Source of the DNA: an uncultured cyanobacterium
GTDB lineage: Bacteria > Cyanobacteriota > Cyanobacteriia > PCC-6307 > Cyanobiaceae
Direction of reading: 5' to 3'
Assembly (NCBI GenBank): GCA_963765575.1
Contig: CAVXWZ010000011.1
Coordinates: 672,001-736,000, forward strand
DNA length: 64,000 nucleotides
Every line of letters starts with the position of its first letter. The stretch's first letter is position 1. The notes under the pieces were generated by a model, which was not told the DNA's origin, made no database searches, and worked only from the letters and a program-made list of their open reading frames with translations. A program made the translations under genes and the position numbers. Below, one piece after another: positions 49,334-62,192 of the stretch.

Positions 49334-49765
49334 TCAGGACGGCAGCACCAGCTGGTCCCTCTCGGGATGCAGGCGCCGGAAGGCCCGATCCTCCGCCGCC
49401 CTTCGGCAGGTGAGCAGGAACAGCGACATCTCGATGCCGAACGTGGTCTCGAACAGCTCAATCGTGCGGCGGCCCTCCCCCAGGCCACAGCTGGTGATCG
49501 CCTCGCGCAGGCTTTGCCGAGGCTGGTCGGTGATGGTGTGGAACAGGCGGTTGAGGCGGAGGTTGAGCAGCGCTTCAGCCGGGGTCATGCCGCGGGCCTG
49601 ATCGAAACAGAAGTCGAGACAGTCCTCGCTGATGCCCAGATAGCCGGCCACCTGGCTGATCGTGATCGGCTCGCGGTAGTGACGGGCAAAGTAGTGAAGC
49701 GCGCGGCCCACCACCATCAGGCCGGACTGACCGGCCTCCCGACAACCTTGGGGTACGGCTCGCAT
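49334..49765 (-). CDS. stand-alone AraC-type HTH regulator
   Basis: HYREPITISQVA...GMTP...LRLNR...FETTFG two-HTH pattern; no effector domain. Confidence 0.78.
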   Translation of the reverse strand: MRAVPQGCREAGQSGLMVVGRALHYFARHYREPITISQVAGYLGISEDCLDFCFDQARGMTPAEALLNLRLNRLFHTITDQPRQSLREAITSCGLGEGRRTIELFETTFGIEMSLFLLTCRRAAEDRAFRRLHPERDQLVLPS

Positions 49766-50166
49766 CGCTACCTTCCTGGTGAATCCCTCGGGTGATCGCG
49801 GGGTGTAACGCTTGGGAGTCCAACTCCGGTGGCAAGCCCGGGGTCAACTCCAGCCCTGTCTTAGAGACCGTGACAGCCAGCCACTCCCACCCGCTGTGGA
49901 TTCGGCACAATTCGCACCATCTCGATCCGGCGCTGGGCACGCTCTGCAACCTTGCGCAGCAAAAGCACACGCGCGGGATGAAGTTGTTTTGATCAGGCCG
50001 GTGGCTTCTCCTGTAGGGTGAAATCGATTCAGGACCACTCTTCAGCAGGTTTCTTTCCAGCGGCGCTTTCCCTGACCCGTCCCACGGGTTGATTTCTCCA
50101 CCAGGCCAGCGACTTTCTCCAGGGCGTTCGACGAATCCATACCCCCTTCTCATTTCAGTTCATTTC

Positions 50167-50448
50167 ATGACCATTTACGTGGGCAACCTCTCCTTCGATG
50201 CCGAGGTGGAGGACCTTCAGCACCTGTTCGGTGAATACGGCTCGGTGCGCAAGTGCAGCCTGCCCCTCGATCGCGACACCGGCCGCAAGCGCGGTTTTGC
50301 CTTTGTGGAGTTCGCCGAAGAATCCGACGAACAGAAAGCCATCGACGATCTCCAGGATGTGGAGTGGATGGGCCGCATGATCCGTGTCAACAAGGCTGAG
50401 CCCCGTGGCGGCGGTGGCGGTGGCGGCGGAGCTCGCAAGAGCTGGTGA
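50167..50448 (+). CDS. rbp: RRM RNA-binding protein with glycine-rich tail (copy 2)
   Basis: IYVGNL and RGFAFVEF motifs; closely similar to the copy at 14135-14443. Confidence 0.95.
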   Translation: MTIYVGNLSFDAEVEDLQHLFGEYGSVRKCSLPLDRDTGRKRGFAFVEFAEESDEQKAIDDLQDVEWMGRMIRVNKAEPRGGGGGGGGARKSW

Positions 50449-50461
50449 ACCCGGAGCTCGA

Positions 50462-51403
50462 TCAGGGCTGGGGCTGTTCCCGAGCCCGAGCCCTGCTCAG
50501 CAGCGCCTGGCCACTGGGGATGCGCAGATCCGATGCCCATCCCATCTTCTCCAGCAGGCGGATGAACCGATAGGTGGGATCAGGCAGGGTCATGACCTTG
50601 CCATCCCGCACGGTCAGTCCCTGTCGTACCGAGGCCTGGAAGGCATGGTGCAGGTTGTGCCAACCCTCCCCCAGGGTGATCAGTGCCACCCAGCGGTTGT
50701 TGCGGCTTGCGTCGCCGGTCTCGAAGGGTTGCCCTCCCAGCAAATGGGCAACGGAATTCACCGTGGCCACGCCGTGGAACAGCAGCGTGGTGCTCAGGCA
50801 GTAGGCCCCCAGCCACTCCAGCCCTCCCAGCTGCCAGGACAGCCAGGCCAGGGCCAGGGGCGGCACAACATGCAGGCGGTCCATCACCCTCAGAACCGGG
50901 TCGGACTCCACATCGCTGGGAAGTTGGCGAGGGTGGAACCCCTTGCTCAGCAGCCAGCCCGCCTGGGAGTGCCAGGCGCCTCGCCAGCCGCCCACAGGCG
51001 CGAGCGGCGAATGGCTGTCGAGATCGGTGTCCACATGGCGGTGATGCTGCAGGTGGTGGGCCTTCCACCAGCTCGGACCCATCTGGCCTGAGCTGGTGGC
51101 GACCAGGGAACCCAGCCACCACACCAGCCGCGGTGCCCGATAGCTGCCATGGGTCACGAGCCGGTGATAGATGGCGGTGGTGGCCAGCATGCGCAGCAGG
51201 TAGAGGCTGAAAGCCCATAGGGCTGCCGCCGGTCCCAGGCCCGTGAACACCAGCAGCAAGCAGCCCAGATGGGCCAGGATGATGAACACCGGCCCGAGAC
51301 CGTGCAGGAACCGCCGCAAGCGAGGGATGCGGGCTTCTGGGCTCAATCTCCAGTCCCGGGAGTCGCCGGGACGTGGCAGCGTCACGGCCTTGCTGGTCGC
51401 CAT
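50462..51403 (-). CDS. desC: delta-9 acyl-lipid desaturase
   Basis: His boxes YHRLVTH, HLQHH and GEGWHNLHH; start 51403 or 51538. Confidence 0.85.
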   Translation of the reverse strand: MATSKAVTLPRPGDSRDWRLSPEARIPRLRRFLHGLGPVFIILAHLGCLLLVFTGLGPAAALWAFSLYLLRMLATTAIYHRLVTHGSYRAPRLVWWLGSLVATSSGQMGPSWWKAHHLQHHRHVDTDLDSHSPLAPVGGWRGAWHSQAGWLLSKGFHPRQLPSDVESDPVLRVMDRLHVVPPLALAWLSWQLGGLEWLGAYCLSTTLLFHGVATVNSVAHLLGGQPFETGDASRNNRWVALITLGEGWHNLHHAFQASVRQGLTVRDGKVMTLPDPTYRFIRLLEKMGWASDLRIPSGQALLSRARAREQPQP

Positions 51404-51537
51404 GCGACCGCTTTGTTGATCAGGTCGAGTTGTGGGCGTGCTGGCCGGGATCGTTGGCAACGGGCCCGCGGCGCTGCCGCCGGGGGAGGGCTGGGCCGGG
51501 GAGGGTTGAATTGAGTTCGCCAGCGGGAAACTCGACA

Positions 51538-51933
51538 ATGGTTCAGCCTAGGAGTGCAGCCGGTCCGGCGCCGGTGCTTGTGTTTGACGGCGGCTGCCCC
51601 TTCTGCCGCCGGTTTGCCGAGCTCAGCGAACTGCGCGGCGGCATTCCCGATCTGCAGATCCGCGACGGCCGCGCCGACCCTGCCCTGCGGGCGGACCTGG
51701 CGCGGCGGGGCTACCGCCTGGGCAACGGAGCCATGGTGCTGGTGGGTGAGCAGGTGCTGCACGGTGCCGCGGCGATCGAATGGATCTGCGCCCGCATGCA
51801 ACCGAGTTCCCGCTTGCTCGGCCTGCTGGCTCCGCTGCTGGCCACTCCCGCGCGCTCCCGGGGTGTCTATCCCCTGCTGTTGGCCGCCCGTCGACTGGCG
51901 CTGGGGCTCAAGGGTCTGCCGGAGGAGCCATGA
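51538..51933 (+). CDS. DCC1-like thiol-disulfide oxidoreductase (DUF393)
   Basis: VLVFDGGCPFC motif. Confidence 0.85.
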   Translation: MVQPRSAAGPAPVLVFDGGCPFCRRFAELSELRGGIPDLQIRDGRADPALRADLARRGYRLGNGAMVLVGEQVLHGAAAIEWICARMQPSSRLLGLLAPLLATPARSRGVYPLLLAARRLALGLKGLPEEP

Positions 51934-51972
51934 AAAAGGCGGTGGTCAGGCCCGAGAGCCTCGCCACCGCCT
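51933..51972 (-). terminator. intrinsic terminator downstream of glnN
   Basis: Stem AGGCGGTGG..AGGC/GCCT..CCACCGCCT with a T5 tract on the minus strand. Confidence 0.75.
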
Positions 51973-52014
51973 CCAAAGGCCCGTCGCACGTCATGGGCGA
52001 CGGCTCTACCGGGA

Positions 52015-54186
52015 TCAGCGGAAGAACAGCAGTTCCTGGTAGGTGGGCAGGGGCCAGACAGCGTCGTCGACCAACATCTCCAAGCCATCAACGGCACCAC
52101 GAAGGGTTTCCATCAGTGGCAGAAGGGTGTTGGCGCAATAGTCCATCTGGGCTTGAACCTCGCCATGGGGAGCGGAGCCGATCGCGGCCTCCAGGGCGTT
52201 GCAGCCCTGTGTCAGCTCCTGGATGAGGCTGGAGATCTTGCCGGCTAGGCCCTTATCGGGGGAGAGGCCAAGTGTTTCCTGGTGATTCAGGGAACTGGAG
52301 AGATCACCAAGGTAAGTCATCACCGCTGGATAGATCTGGGTGCGAGCCATCTGCAGGGCGACCTTGGCTTCCACTTCGATAGCCAGAACGTACTGTTCGG
52401 CATAGACCTCAAAACGGCTCTCCAGCTCCACATCGCTCAAGACCCCTTCGCTGGTGAACAACTCGCGCACATCGGGACGCTTCAAGACCGCAAGTGCTTC
52501 AGCTGTGTTGTGGAGGTTTTCCAGCCCCCTCTCCTCAACAGCCTTGTGGTGCCATTCTTGGGAGTAGCCATCACCCCCAAACACCACATCACCATGCTTC
52601 TGCATAATGCCCTTGAGCACGGCGATTGAGGCCGTTTCAAGGGTTTCACCCGCAGCAATTTTTGCCTCCAGTTCGTCAGAAATGAAACGCAGCGAATCGG
52701 CGAGAACCGTGTTCATCGCCACCAGCGGGCCGGCCACCGACTGGTTGGAGCCGACGGCACGGAATTCGAAGCGGTTGCCGGTGAAGGCAAAGGGTGAGGT
52801 GCGATTGCGATCGCCTGGGTCCTTGGTGAATTCCGGCAGGGTATCGACACCAAGTTGCATCACACCAGCGGCAGCGGAACTGGTGACTTCTCCATTGAGA
52901 ATCTGCCTGTAGACCTCCTCGAGCTGGCTTCCGAGGTACACCGAGATGATCGCCGGTGGGGCTTCGTTGGCACCAAGACGATGGTCATTACCGGCCGTGG
53001 CGACCACGGCCCGCAGCAGGGGACCATAGAGATGCACACCCCGAATCACGGCGCCGCAGAACAGCAGGAACTGCATGTTCTTGTCAGGGGTGTCGCCGGG
53101 GTCGAGCAAGTTCCCCTGGGTGGCATTGCCCACTGACCAGTTGACGTGCTTACCAGAGCCGTTGATGCCCTCAAAGGGCTTTTCATGCAGCAGGCAGTTC
53201 ATGCCGTGCTTGCGGGCCGTGTTCTTCAACAGCGTCATGGTGAGCTGCTGGTGATCGGTGGCCACATTGGCGGCCTCAAAGAACGGAGCCAGCTCAAACT
53301 GTCCGGGAGCGACTTCGTTGTGGCGCGTCTTGGCGGGGATGCCAAGGGTGTACATCTGGCGCTCGACGTCCTGCATGAACACCTGCACCCGCTGGGGAAT
53401 GGCGCCGAAGTAGTGATCGTCGAACTGCTGGCCCTTGGCCGACGGTGCGCCGAACAGGGTGCGGCCCGCCAACAGGAGATCCGGGCGCAGGGAAAAGAAA
53501 GCGCTGTCGACCAGGAAGTATTCCTGCTCGGCCCCACAGCTGGAGTTGACCGGTGCCACCTCCTGATAGCCGATCAGTTTAAGCAACCTCTGGGCTTCGC
53601 GGTTCATCGCCGCGTTGGAGCGCAGCAGCGGCGTTTTCTTGTCAAGCGCTTCGCCTGTCCAGGAGATGAACACCGTGGGGATACAGAAGGTGATCCCGTT
53701 CGGGGTTTCCATCAGGAAGGCGGGACTGGTGATGTCCCATGCGGTGTATCCGCGGGCCTCAAAGGTGGAGCGGATCCCGCCGTTCGGGAAGGAGGAGCCA
53801 TCGGGCTCACCCTGAACCAACACCTTGCCTGTGAACTCGGTGATGGTGGAGCCGTCCCCCTGGACCGAAATGAAGCCGTCGTGCTTCTCGGCAGTGGAGT
53901 TGGTGAGCGGGTAGAAGACGTGGGCGTAGTAAAGAGCTCCGCGGCCTGTCGCCCATTCCTTCATGGCCTGGGCGACCACGTTGGCAACAGAAACGTCAAG
54001 TTTTCCGCCTTCCTTGACCGTCTTTTGAACTGACTTGAAAACTTCCTTCGGCAAGGCGGCCTTCATCTTGGCCAGATCGAAGACATCGTGGGCCCAGAGG
54101 TCCTGCAGGGGGGCGTTTGGAGGCGTTACCGCTGCCGGACGATCCTGAATCGTCTGAAAAGCGGAGACACGCAGCGCGCTGGGCAT
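52015..54186 (-). CDS. glnN: glutamine synthetase type III
   Basis: 723 aa; [53 protein letters not shown] and WPLPTY motifs. Confidence 0.95.
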   Translation of the reverse strand: MPSALRVSAFQTIQDRPAAVTPPNAPLQDLWAHDVFDLAKMKAALPKEVFKSVQKTVKEGGKLDVSVANVVAQAMKEWATGRGALYYAHVFYPLTNSTAEKHDGFISVQGDGSTITEFTGKVLVQGEPDGSSFPNGGIRSTFEARGYTAWDITSPAFLMETPNGITFCIPTVFISWTGEALDKKTPLLRSNAAMNREAQRLLKLIGYQEVAPVNSSCGAEQEYFLVDSAFFSLRPDLLLAGRTLFGAPSAKGQQFDDHYFGAIPQRVQVFMQDVERQMYTLGIPAKTRHNEVAPGQFELAPFFEAANVATDHQQLTMTLLKNTARKHGMNCLLHEKPFEGINGSGKHVNWSVGNATQGNLLDPGDTPDKNMQFLLFCGAVIRGVHLYGPLLRAVVATAGNDHRLGANEAPPAIISVYLGSQLEEVYRQILNGEVTSSAAAGVMQLGVDTLPEFTKDPGDRNRTSPFAFTGNRFEFRAVGSNQSVAGPLVAMNTVLADSLRFISDELEAKIAAGETLETASIAVLKGIMQKHGDVVFGGDGYSQEWHHKAVEERGLENLHNTAEALAVLKRPDVRELFTSEGVLSDVELESRFEVYAEQYVLAIEVEAKVALQMARTQIYPAVMTYLGDLSSSLNHQETLGLSPDKGLAGKISSLIQELTQGCNALEAAIGSAPHGEVQAQMDYCANTLLPLMETLRGAVDGLEMLVDDAVWPLPTYQELLFFR

Positions 54187-54446
54187 GGGTCAAAAGATTG
54201 ATGCTCAGCCAACACCCAACTCCCTGGCCCGCCTCTTTGTTGCTGCCATTGATACCGGATCGGGGATGCCGGACCGGGATCAGGCCCCTCCAACCAGGGC
54301 ACGGGATGCTCCGGCCAAGGCACGGGATGCCACCGAGGCGGTGTGAGTAGAAATGCTTATGGCCTGCTTTCGGTAGTGGTTCAGGCAGCGCGCGGCCTGC
54401 CACCGGGCCGCATGGTGGTGCGTTGTTTCCACCCCTGTTCAGCGCC

Positions 54447-56888
<2,442 letters not shown>

Positions 56889-56985
56889 GGCCCCCATCGG
56901 ACAGCTCCATCCCCACCCCGCGGCCGGCTGTGCTGCAGGTGGCCCGCCCCGATCCTCAGCACCCCCTCAGCCAGGATGGGCGCTG

Positions 56986-57603
56986 ATGCTGGGGCCAACA
57001 GTGTTCGCAGGTCTGCCAGGCCCCAGGCCGGAGGTGGTGCTGGTCCGTCACGGTGAAACCGCCTGGAGCCGCTCCGGCCAGCACACCGGACGCACCGATG
57101 TTCCCCTCACGCCCCATGGCGAGGAGGTGGCGCGTCGGCTGGCGCCGGCCCTGGCGGGGCGTGACTTCGAGATGGTGCTCTGCAGCCCCCTGCAGCGGGC
57201 GCGGCACAGCTGCGAGCTGGCCGGCCTGGGCGCCCAGGCGCAGATCGAGCCGGATCTGATGGAGTGGGACTATGGCGCCTACGAGGGGCTCACCTCCGCG
57301 GAGATCGCCGCCGAGCGCCCGGACTGGCTGGTGTTCCGCGATGGCTGTCCGGGCGGGGAATCGCCCCAGGCCATCGGCACCCGGGTGGATCGGGTGATCG
57401 AGCGGGTGCGCTCGCTTGATGGCCCGCTGGCCCTGTTCGCCCATGGCCATGTGCTGCGGGTGCTGGGCGCCCGTTGGATCGGTCTGCCGCCCGCCGCTGG
57501 CGCCCATTTCCTGCTGGACACCTCTTCGCTCACGGTTTTGTCGTGGTATCGGGGGGTGCCGGCGATCGGCTGCTGGAACGCAGCCCCGGCGGCAGGCCCC
57601 TGA
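56986..57603 (+). CDS. histidine phosphatase, Shb17/Rv3214-like sugar-bisphosphatase candidate
   Basis: RHGETAWSRSGQHTGRTDVPLT, EWDYGAYEG, FRDGCPGGE and FAHGHVLR motifs. Confidence 0.88.
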   Translation: MLGPTVFAGLPGPRPEVVLVRHGETAWSRSGQHTGRTDVPLTPHGEEVARRLAPALAGRDFEMVLCSPLQRARHSCELAGLGAQAQIEPDLMEWDYGAYEGLTSAEIAAERPDWLVFRDGCPGGESPQAIGTRVDRVIERVRSLDGPLALFAHGHVLRVLGARWIGLPPAAGAHFLLDTSSLTVLSWYRGVPAIGCWNAAPAAGP

Positions 57604-57754
57604 TCCGTCTCCGGCCATCGGCTGCAAACGCTGTGTCAGATCTTCCGCCAGCGAGCTTCCACCGAGCCCACCACAACGCCAACCTTCAGATTGTGGGAGA
57701 TTCCGGCCACCCTGATTCCCTGAGCCTCAGCCTCCGCCAACTCGCTGCCCGCCC

Positions 57755-59675
57755 ATGACCTCCACCCAGACCAACGCCACCTTCCCGATCGATCTGGCCG
57801 CGTACCGGCCCCTGGCCCTCGATCCCGCCCGGCCTGAGCTCAGCCCGGCGGAGCGCGCCGACCTGCAGGCCAACATCCAGCTCTGCCGCGACGCCATCGT
57901 CTTCTTCACCGCCACGGGCGCGGCTCGGGGGGTGGGCGGTCACACCGGCGGTCCCTACGACACGGTGCCGGAGGTGATGCTGCTGGATGGGTTCTTCCGC
58001 GGCGATCCCGATCGCTTCGTGCCGATCGTCTTCGATGAGGCCGGCCATCGGGTGGCCACCCAGTACCTGCTGGCGGTGCTGCACGGCCATCTGCCCGCCG
58101 AGGCGCTGTTGCGCTACCGCGAGGCCCATGCGGGGCTGCCCGGCCACCCGGAACTCGGACTCACCCCCGGGGTGGCCTTCAGCTCGGGTCGGCTGGGCCA
58201 TCTCTGGCCCTTCGTCAACGGCCTGGCCCTGGCCCATCGCGATCGCGTGCTGGTGTGCCTGGGCTCCGATGGCGCCCAGCAGGAAGGCGATGACGCCGAG
58301 GCGGCCCGCTTTGCCGTGGCCCATGGCCTCAACGTCAAGCTCGTGATCGACGACAACGACGTCACCATCGCCGGCCACCCCTCGCAGTACCAGCCCGGCT
58401 ATGAACTGGAGCGCACCCTGGGTGGCCATGGACTCACCACCCTGGCCGGTGACGGCGAAGACCTCGACGATCTCTACCGGCGGCTGCGCCAGGCGATCCT
58501 CAGCGATGGTCCGGTGGCGGTGATCAACCGCCGCCCGATGGCGGTGGGCATCGAGGGCCTCGAAGGCTCCACCCACGGCCACGACGTGATCCCGGTGGAC
58601 AAGGCGATCGCCTATCTCGAGGCGCGAGGCCGCCAGGCGGCGGCAGACCACCTCGGCGCGATCACCAAACCCCACAATCCCACCGGCCGCCGCGGCAGTG
58701 GTGATCGCCTGGAGGCCAACCGCAACGTGTTTGGCGACACGGTGGTGGCGATCCTCAAGGACCTCGACAGCGATGCACGGCGCCGGCGCGTGCTCTGTGT
58801 GGACAGCGATCTGGAGGGCTCCTGCGGCCTGGCCCAGATCCGCAAGGCCTACCCGGAGATCTTCGTGAGCGGCGGGATCATGGAGCGGGCCAATTTCTCC
58901 GCCGCCGCCGGCTTCGGCATGGAGCAGGGCCGCCAAGGAATCTTCGCCACCTTCAGCGCCTTCCTGGAGATGTGCATCTCGGAGATCACCATGGCGCGGC
59001 TCAACGGCGCCAATGTGCTGTCCCATTTCTCCCATGCCGGCATCGACGACATGGCCGACAACACCTGCCATTTCGGCCTCAACAACCTGTTTGCCGACAA
59101 CGGGCTGGAGGAGGGCGACAGCACCCGCCTCTATTTCCCTGCCGACGCCGGCCAGATGCGGGCCTGCGTGCGGGCGGTCTTCGCGGATCCGGGGCTGCGC
59201 TTCGTGTTCTCCACCCGCTCCAAGGTGCCCAATCTGCTGGCTGCCGATGGCTCCGAGCTGCATGGGGATGGCTATGCCTTCCAGCCGGGCCGTGACGAGT
59301 GGGTCCGTCGGGGGAGCGATGGCGTGATCGTGAGCTTCGGCGAAAGCCTCTATCGCTGCCCTCGATGCCGTGGAGCAGCTGCGCGATGAGGGACTGGATG
59401 TGGGCCTGGTGAACAAAGCCACCCTCAACGTGGTGGATGAGGAGATGCTCGCCGAGCTGGGCCGCCAGCCCTTCGTGCTGGTGGTGGAGAGCTTCAATCG
59501 CCGCACCGGCCTGGGCAGCCGCTTCGGCACCTGGCTGCTGGAGCGTGGGCTGACACCCCGCTACGGCCATCTGGGCACCTGGCGTGAGGGCTGCGGCGGC
59601 CTCTGGGAGCAGTTCCCGCACCAGGGCATCGATGCCGCAGGGATCATCAGCCACGTGCGCGGACTGCTGGGCTGA
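57755..59675 (+). CDS. atypical transketolase-like ThDP enzyme, split by a +1 frameshift near 59360
   Basis: GGHTGG, LPGHPE, SSGRLGH, SDGAQQEG...DDN, DSDLEGS, GIME and HAGID motifs; C-terminal domain continues in the next frame as LDAVEQLRDEGLDVGLVN. Confidence 0.85.
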
Positions 59676-59774
59676 AGGCCGTTGGCTTCTGTGCGTTAAC
59701 CCTCACCCACTTTGCCTTTAGGCCGCTCTTAGACCAGCCTGGCCAGGATGCGCAAAGGAGCCAGTCGTCTCGCC

Positions 59775-62192
59775 ATGACCTTCACCCTCGAGCCCACTGC
59801 CACAGCGGTCCCGACCCCGGCCAGCAGCGAGGAGCTGCAGAGGATCGACGCCTGGTGGCGGGCCGCCAACTACCTGGCGGTGGGGATGATCTACCTGCGT
59901 GACAACCCGCTGCTGCGCGAACCGCTGCGGCCCGAGCACATCAAGAGCCGGCTGCTGGGGCACTGGGGATCCAGTCCTGGCCAGGCGTTCATCTGGGCGC
60001 ACGCCAACCGGCTGATCCGGCAGCGGGATCTGGACATGATCTACCTCTCGGGTCCTGGCCACGGCGCCCCCGGCGTGCTGGCCCCCACCTATCTCGATGG
60101 CTCCTACAGCGAGATCTATCCGGACAAGTCGCAGGACGCTGTGGGCATGCAGCGGTTCATGAAGCAGTTTTCGTTCCCCGGCCACATCGGCAGCCACTGC
60201 ACCCCGGAAACCCCCGGCTCGATTCACGAGGGCGGTGAACTGGGCTACGTGCTCTCCCACGCCTGCGGGGCGGTGTTCGACAACCCGGAGCTGATCGCCA
60301 TCGCCTGCGTGGGCGACGGCGAGGCCGAAACCGGGCCCCTGGCCACCAGCTGGCACATCAACAAATTTCTCAACCCGATCGGTGACGGCGCCGTGCTGCC
60401 GGTGCTGCACCTCAACGGCTACAAGATCGCCAATCCCACCCTGCTGGCCCGCATCCCCAAGGAGGAGCTGGCCAGCCTGATGCGTGGCTACGGCTGGGAG
60501 CCCCTGTTTGTGGAGGGCCACGAACCCATGGCCATGCACCAGGCCATGGCTGCGGCGATGGATGAGGCCATCGCCAGGATCCAGAGCATCCGCGCCGAGG
60601 CCCGTGCCAGTGGCGAGGCGGTGCGGCCGGCCTGGCCGATGATCGTGCTGCGCTCCCCCAAGGGCTGGACCGGTCCCAAGGCGCTGGGTAATAAGAAGCT
60701 CGAGAATTTCTGGCGCGCCCACCAGGTGCCCCTGGCCGCTCCCCAGAGCGATCCTGTCCAGCTGCAGATGCTGGAGGACTGGATGAAGAGCTACCGGCCC
60801 TGGGAGCTCTTTGATGCTGACGGCACCCTCATCCCTGAGCTCAAGGAGCTCTCGCCGCGGGGGGCCCTGCGGATGGGTTCCAACCCCCACGCCAACGGCG
60901 GCCTGCTGCGCCACAAACTGCACCTGCCGCCGATCGAAACCTATGCCGTGGCCCTGCAGGGACCCGGCCAGAGCGAGGCCGAGAACACCTACCCGTTGGG
61001 GGAGCTGCTGCGCGACGCCATCGGCCTCAATCCAGATTCCCTGCGGGTGTTTGGTCCCGATGAAACGGCCTCCAACCGGCTGCAGGCGATCTATGAGCGC
61101 AGCAAGAAGGTGTGGATGGAAGAGCTCCTGCCCGAAGACATGAACGGCAGCGAGCTGGCCCGCAATGGCCGGGTGGTGGAGATGCTCAGCGAGCACACCC
61201 TGGTGGGGATGATGGAGGGCTATCTGCTCACCGGCCGCTATGGCTTCTTCCACACCTACGAGGCCTTTGCCCATGTGATCGCCTCGATGTTCAACCAGCA
61301 CGCCAAGTGGCTGGAGAGTTGCATCCACCACGCCCCCTGGCGGGCGCCGATCGGCCCCTGGAACTGCCTGATCTCCTCCACGGTGTGGCGCCAGGACCAC
61401 AACGGCTTCACCCACCAGGACCCGGGCTTCATCGACCTGGCCGGCAACAAGAGTGGCGAGGTGGTGCGGGTGTACATGCCGGCTGATGCCAACTGTCTGC
61501 TGGCGGTGGCTGAGGAGGCGCTGGTGGAGAGCAACGTCTGCAACATCATCGTTTCCGATAAGCAGAAACACCTGCAGTATCTTGCCCTCGATCAGGCCCG
61601 CGCCCACGTGGCCAAGGGCATCGGCCTGTGGAGCTGGGCCAGCAACGACGACTGCGGCACGGAGCCCGATGAGCCCGATGTTGTGATGGCCTGCGCCGGC
61701 GACATCCCCACCAAGGAGACCCTGGCGGCGGTGGAAATCCTGCGGCGTGAAACCCCCAATCTCAAGATCCGCGTGCTCAACGTTGTCAAGCTCTTTGCTC
61801 TGACCAACCCGGAGGAACATCCGCACGGCTTGAGTGATCGAGATTTCGACACCCTGTTCACCAAAAACAGGCCGGTGATGTTCAACTTCCATGGTTATCC
61901 TTGGCTGATTCACCGTCTCACCTATCGCCGTACCAACCACGCCAACATCCACGTGCGTGGTTATAAGGAAAAGGGCAACATCAACACGCCCCTGGAGCTG
62001 GCGATGAACAACCAGATTGACCGCTTCAACCTGGTGATTGATGTCATCGACCGGGTGCCTGGCCTGGGCTCAAGGGCGGCGCATATCAAGGAGCGCATGA
62101 AGGAGGAAATCCTCAGCCACCGCGCCTATGCCCATGAGCACGGCATGGACGACCCCACCATCACCCACTGGCGCTGGGGACTTCAGGCCTGA
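59775..62192 (+). CDS. xfp: xylulose-5-phosphate/fructose-6-phosphate phosphoketolase
   Basis: [38 protein letters not shown] and [12 protein letters not shown] motifs. Confidence 0.96.
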   Translation: MTFTLEPTATAVPTPASSEELQRIDAWWRAANYLAVGMIYLRDNPLLREPLRPEHIKSRLLGHWGSSPGQAFIWAHANRLIRQRDLDMIYLSGPGHGAPGVLAPTYLDGSYSEIYPDKSQDAVGMQRFMKQFSFPGHIGSHCTPETPGSIHEGGELGYVLSHACGAVFDNPELIAIACVGDGEAETGPLATSWHINKFLNPIGDGAVLPVLHLNGYKIANPTLLARIPKEELASLMRGYGWEPLFVEGHEPMAMHQAMAAAMDEAIARIQSIRAEARASGEAVRPAWPMIVLRSPKGWTGPKALGNKKLENFWRAHQVPLAAPQSDPVQLQMLEDWMKSYRPWELFDADGTLIPELKELSPRGALRMGSNPHANGGLLRHKLHLPPIETYAVALQGPGQSEAENTYPLGELLRDAIGLNPDSLRVFGPDETASNRLQAIYERSKKVWMEELLPEDMNGSELARNGRVVEMLSEHTLVGMMEGYLLTGRYGFFHTYEAFAHVIASMFNQHAKWLESCIHHAPWRAPIGPWNCLISSTVWRQDHNGFTHQDPGFIDLAGNKSGEVVRVYMPADANCLLAVAEEALVESNVCNIIVSDKQKHLQYLALDQARAHVAKGIGLWSWASNDDCGTEPDEPDVVMACAGDIPTKETLAAVEILRRETPNLKIRVLNVVKLFALTNPEEHPHGLSDRDFDTLFTKNRPVMFNFHGYPWLIHRLTYRRTNHANIHVRGYKEKGNINTPLELAMNNQIDRFNLVIDVIDRVPGLGSRAAHIKERMKEEILSHRAYAHEHGMDDPTITHWRWGLQA

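Noticed and set aside
54238..54258. Possible NtcA site upstream of glnN (GTA-N8-AGC on the minus strand)
   Set aside because: One half-site is degenerate and no TAN3T -10 box lies at the expected spacing
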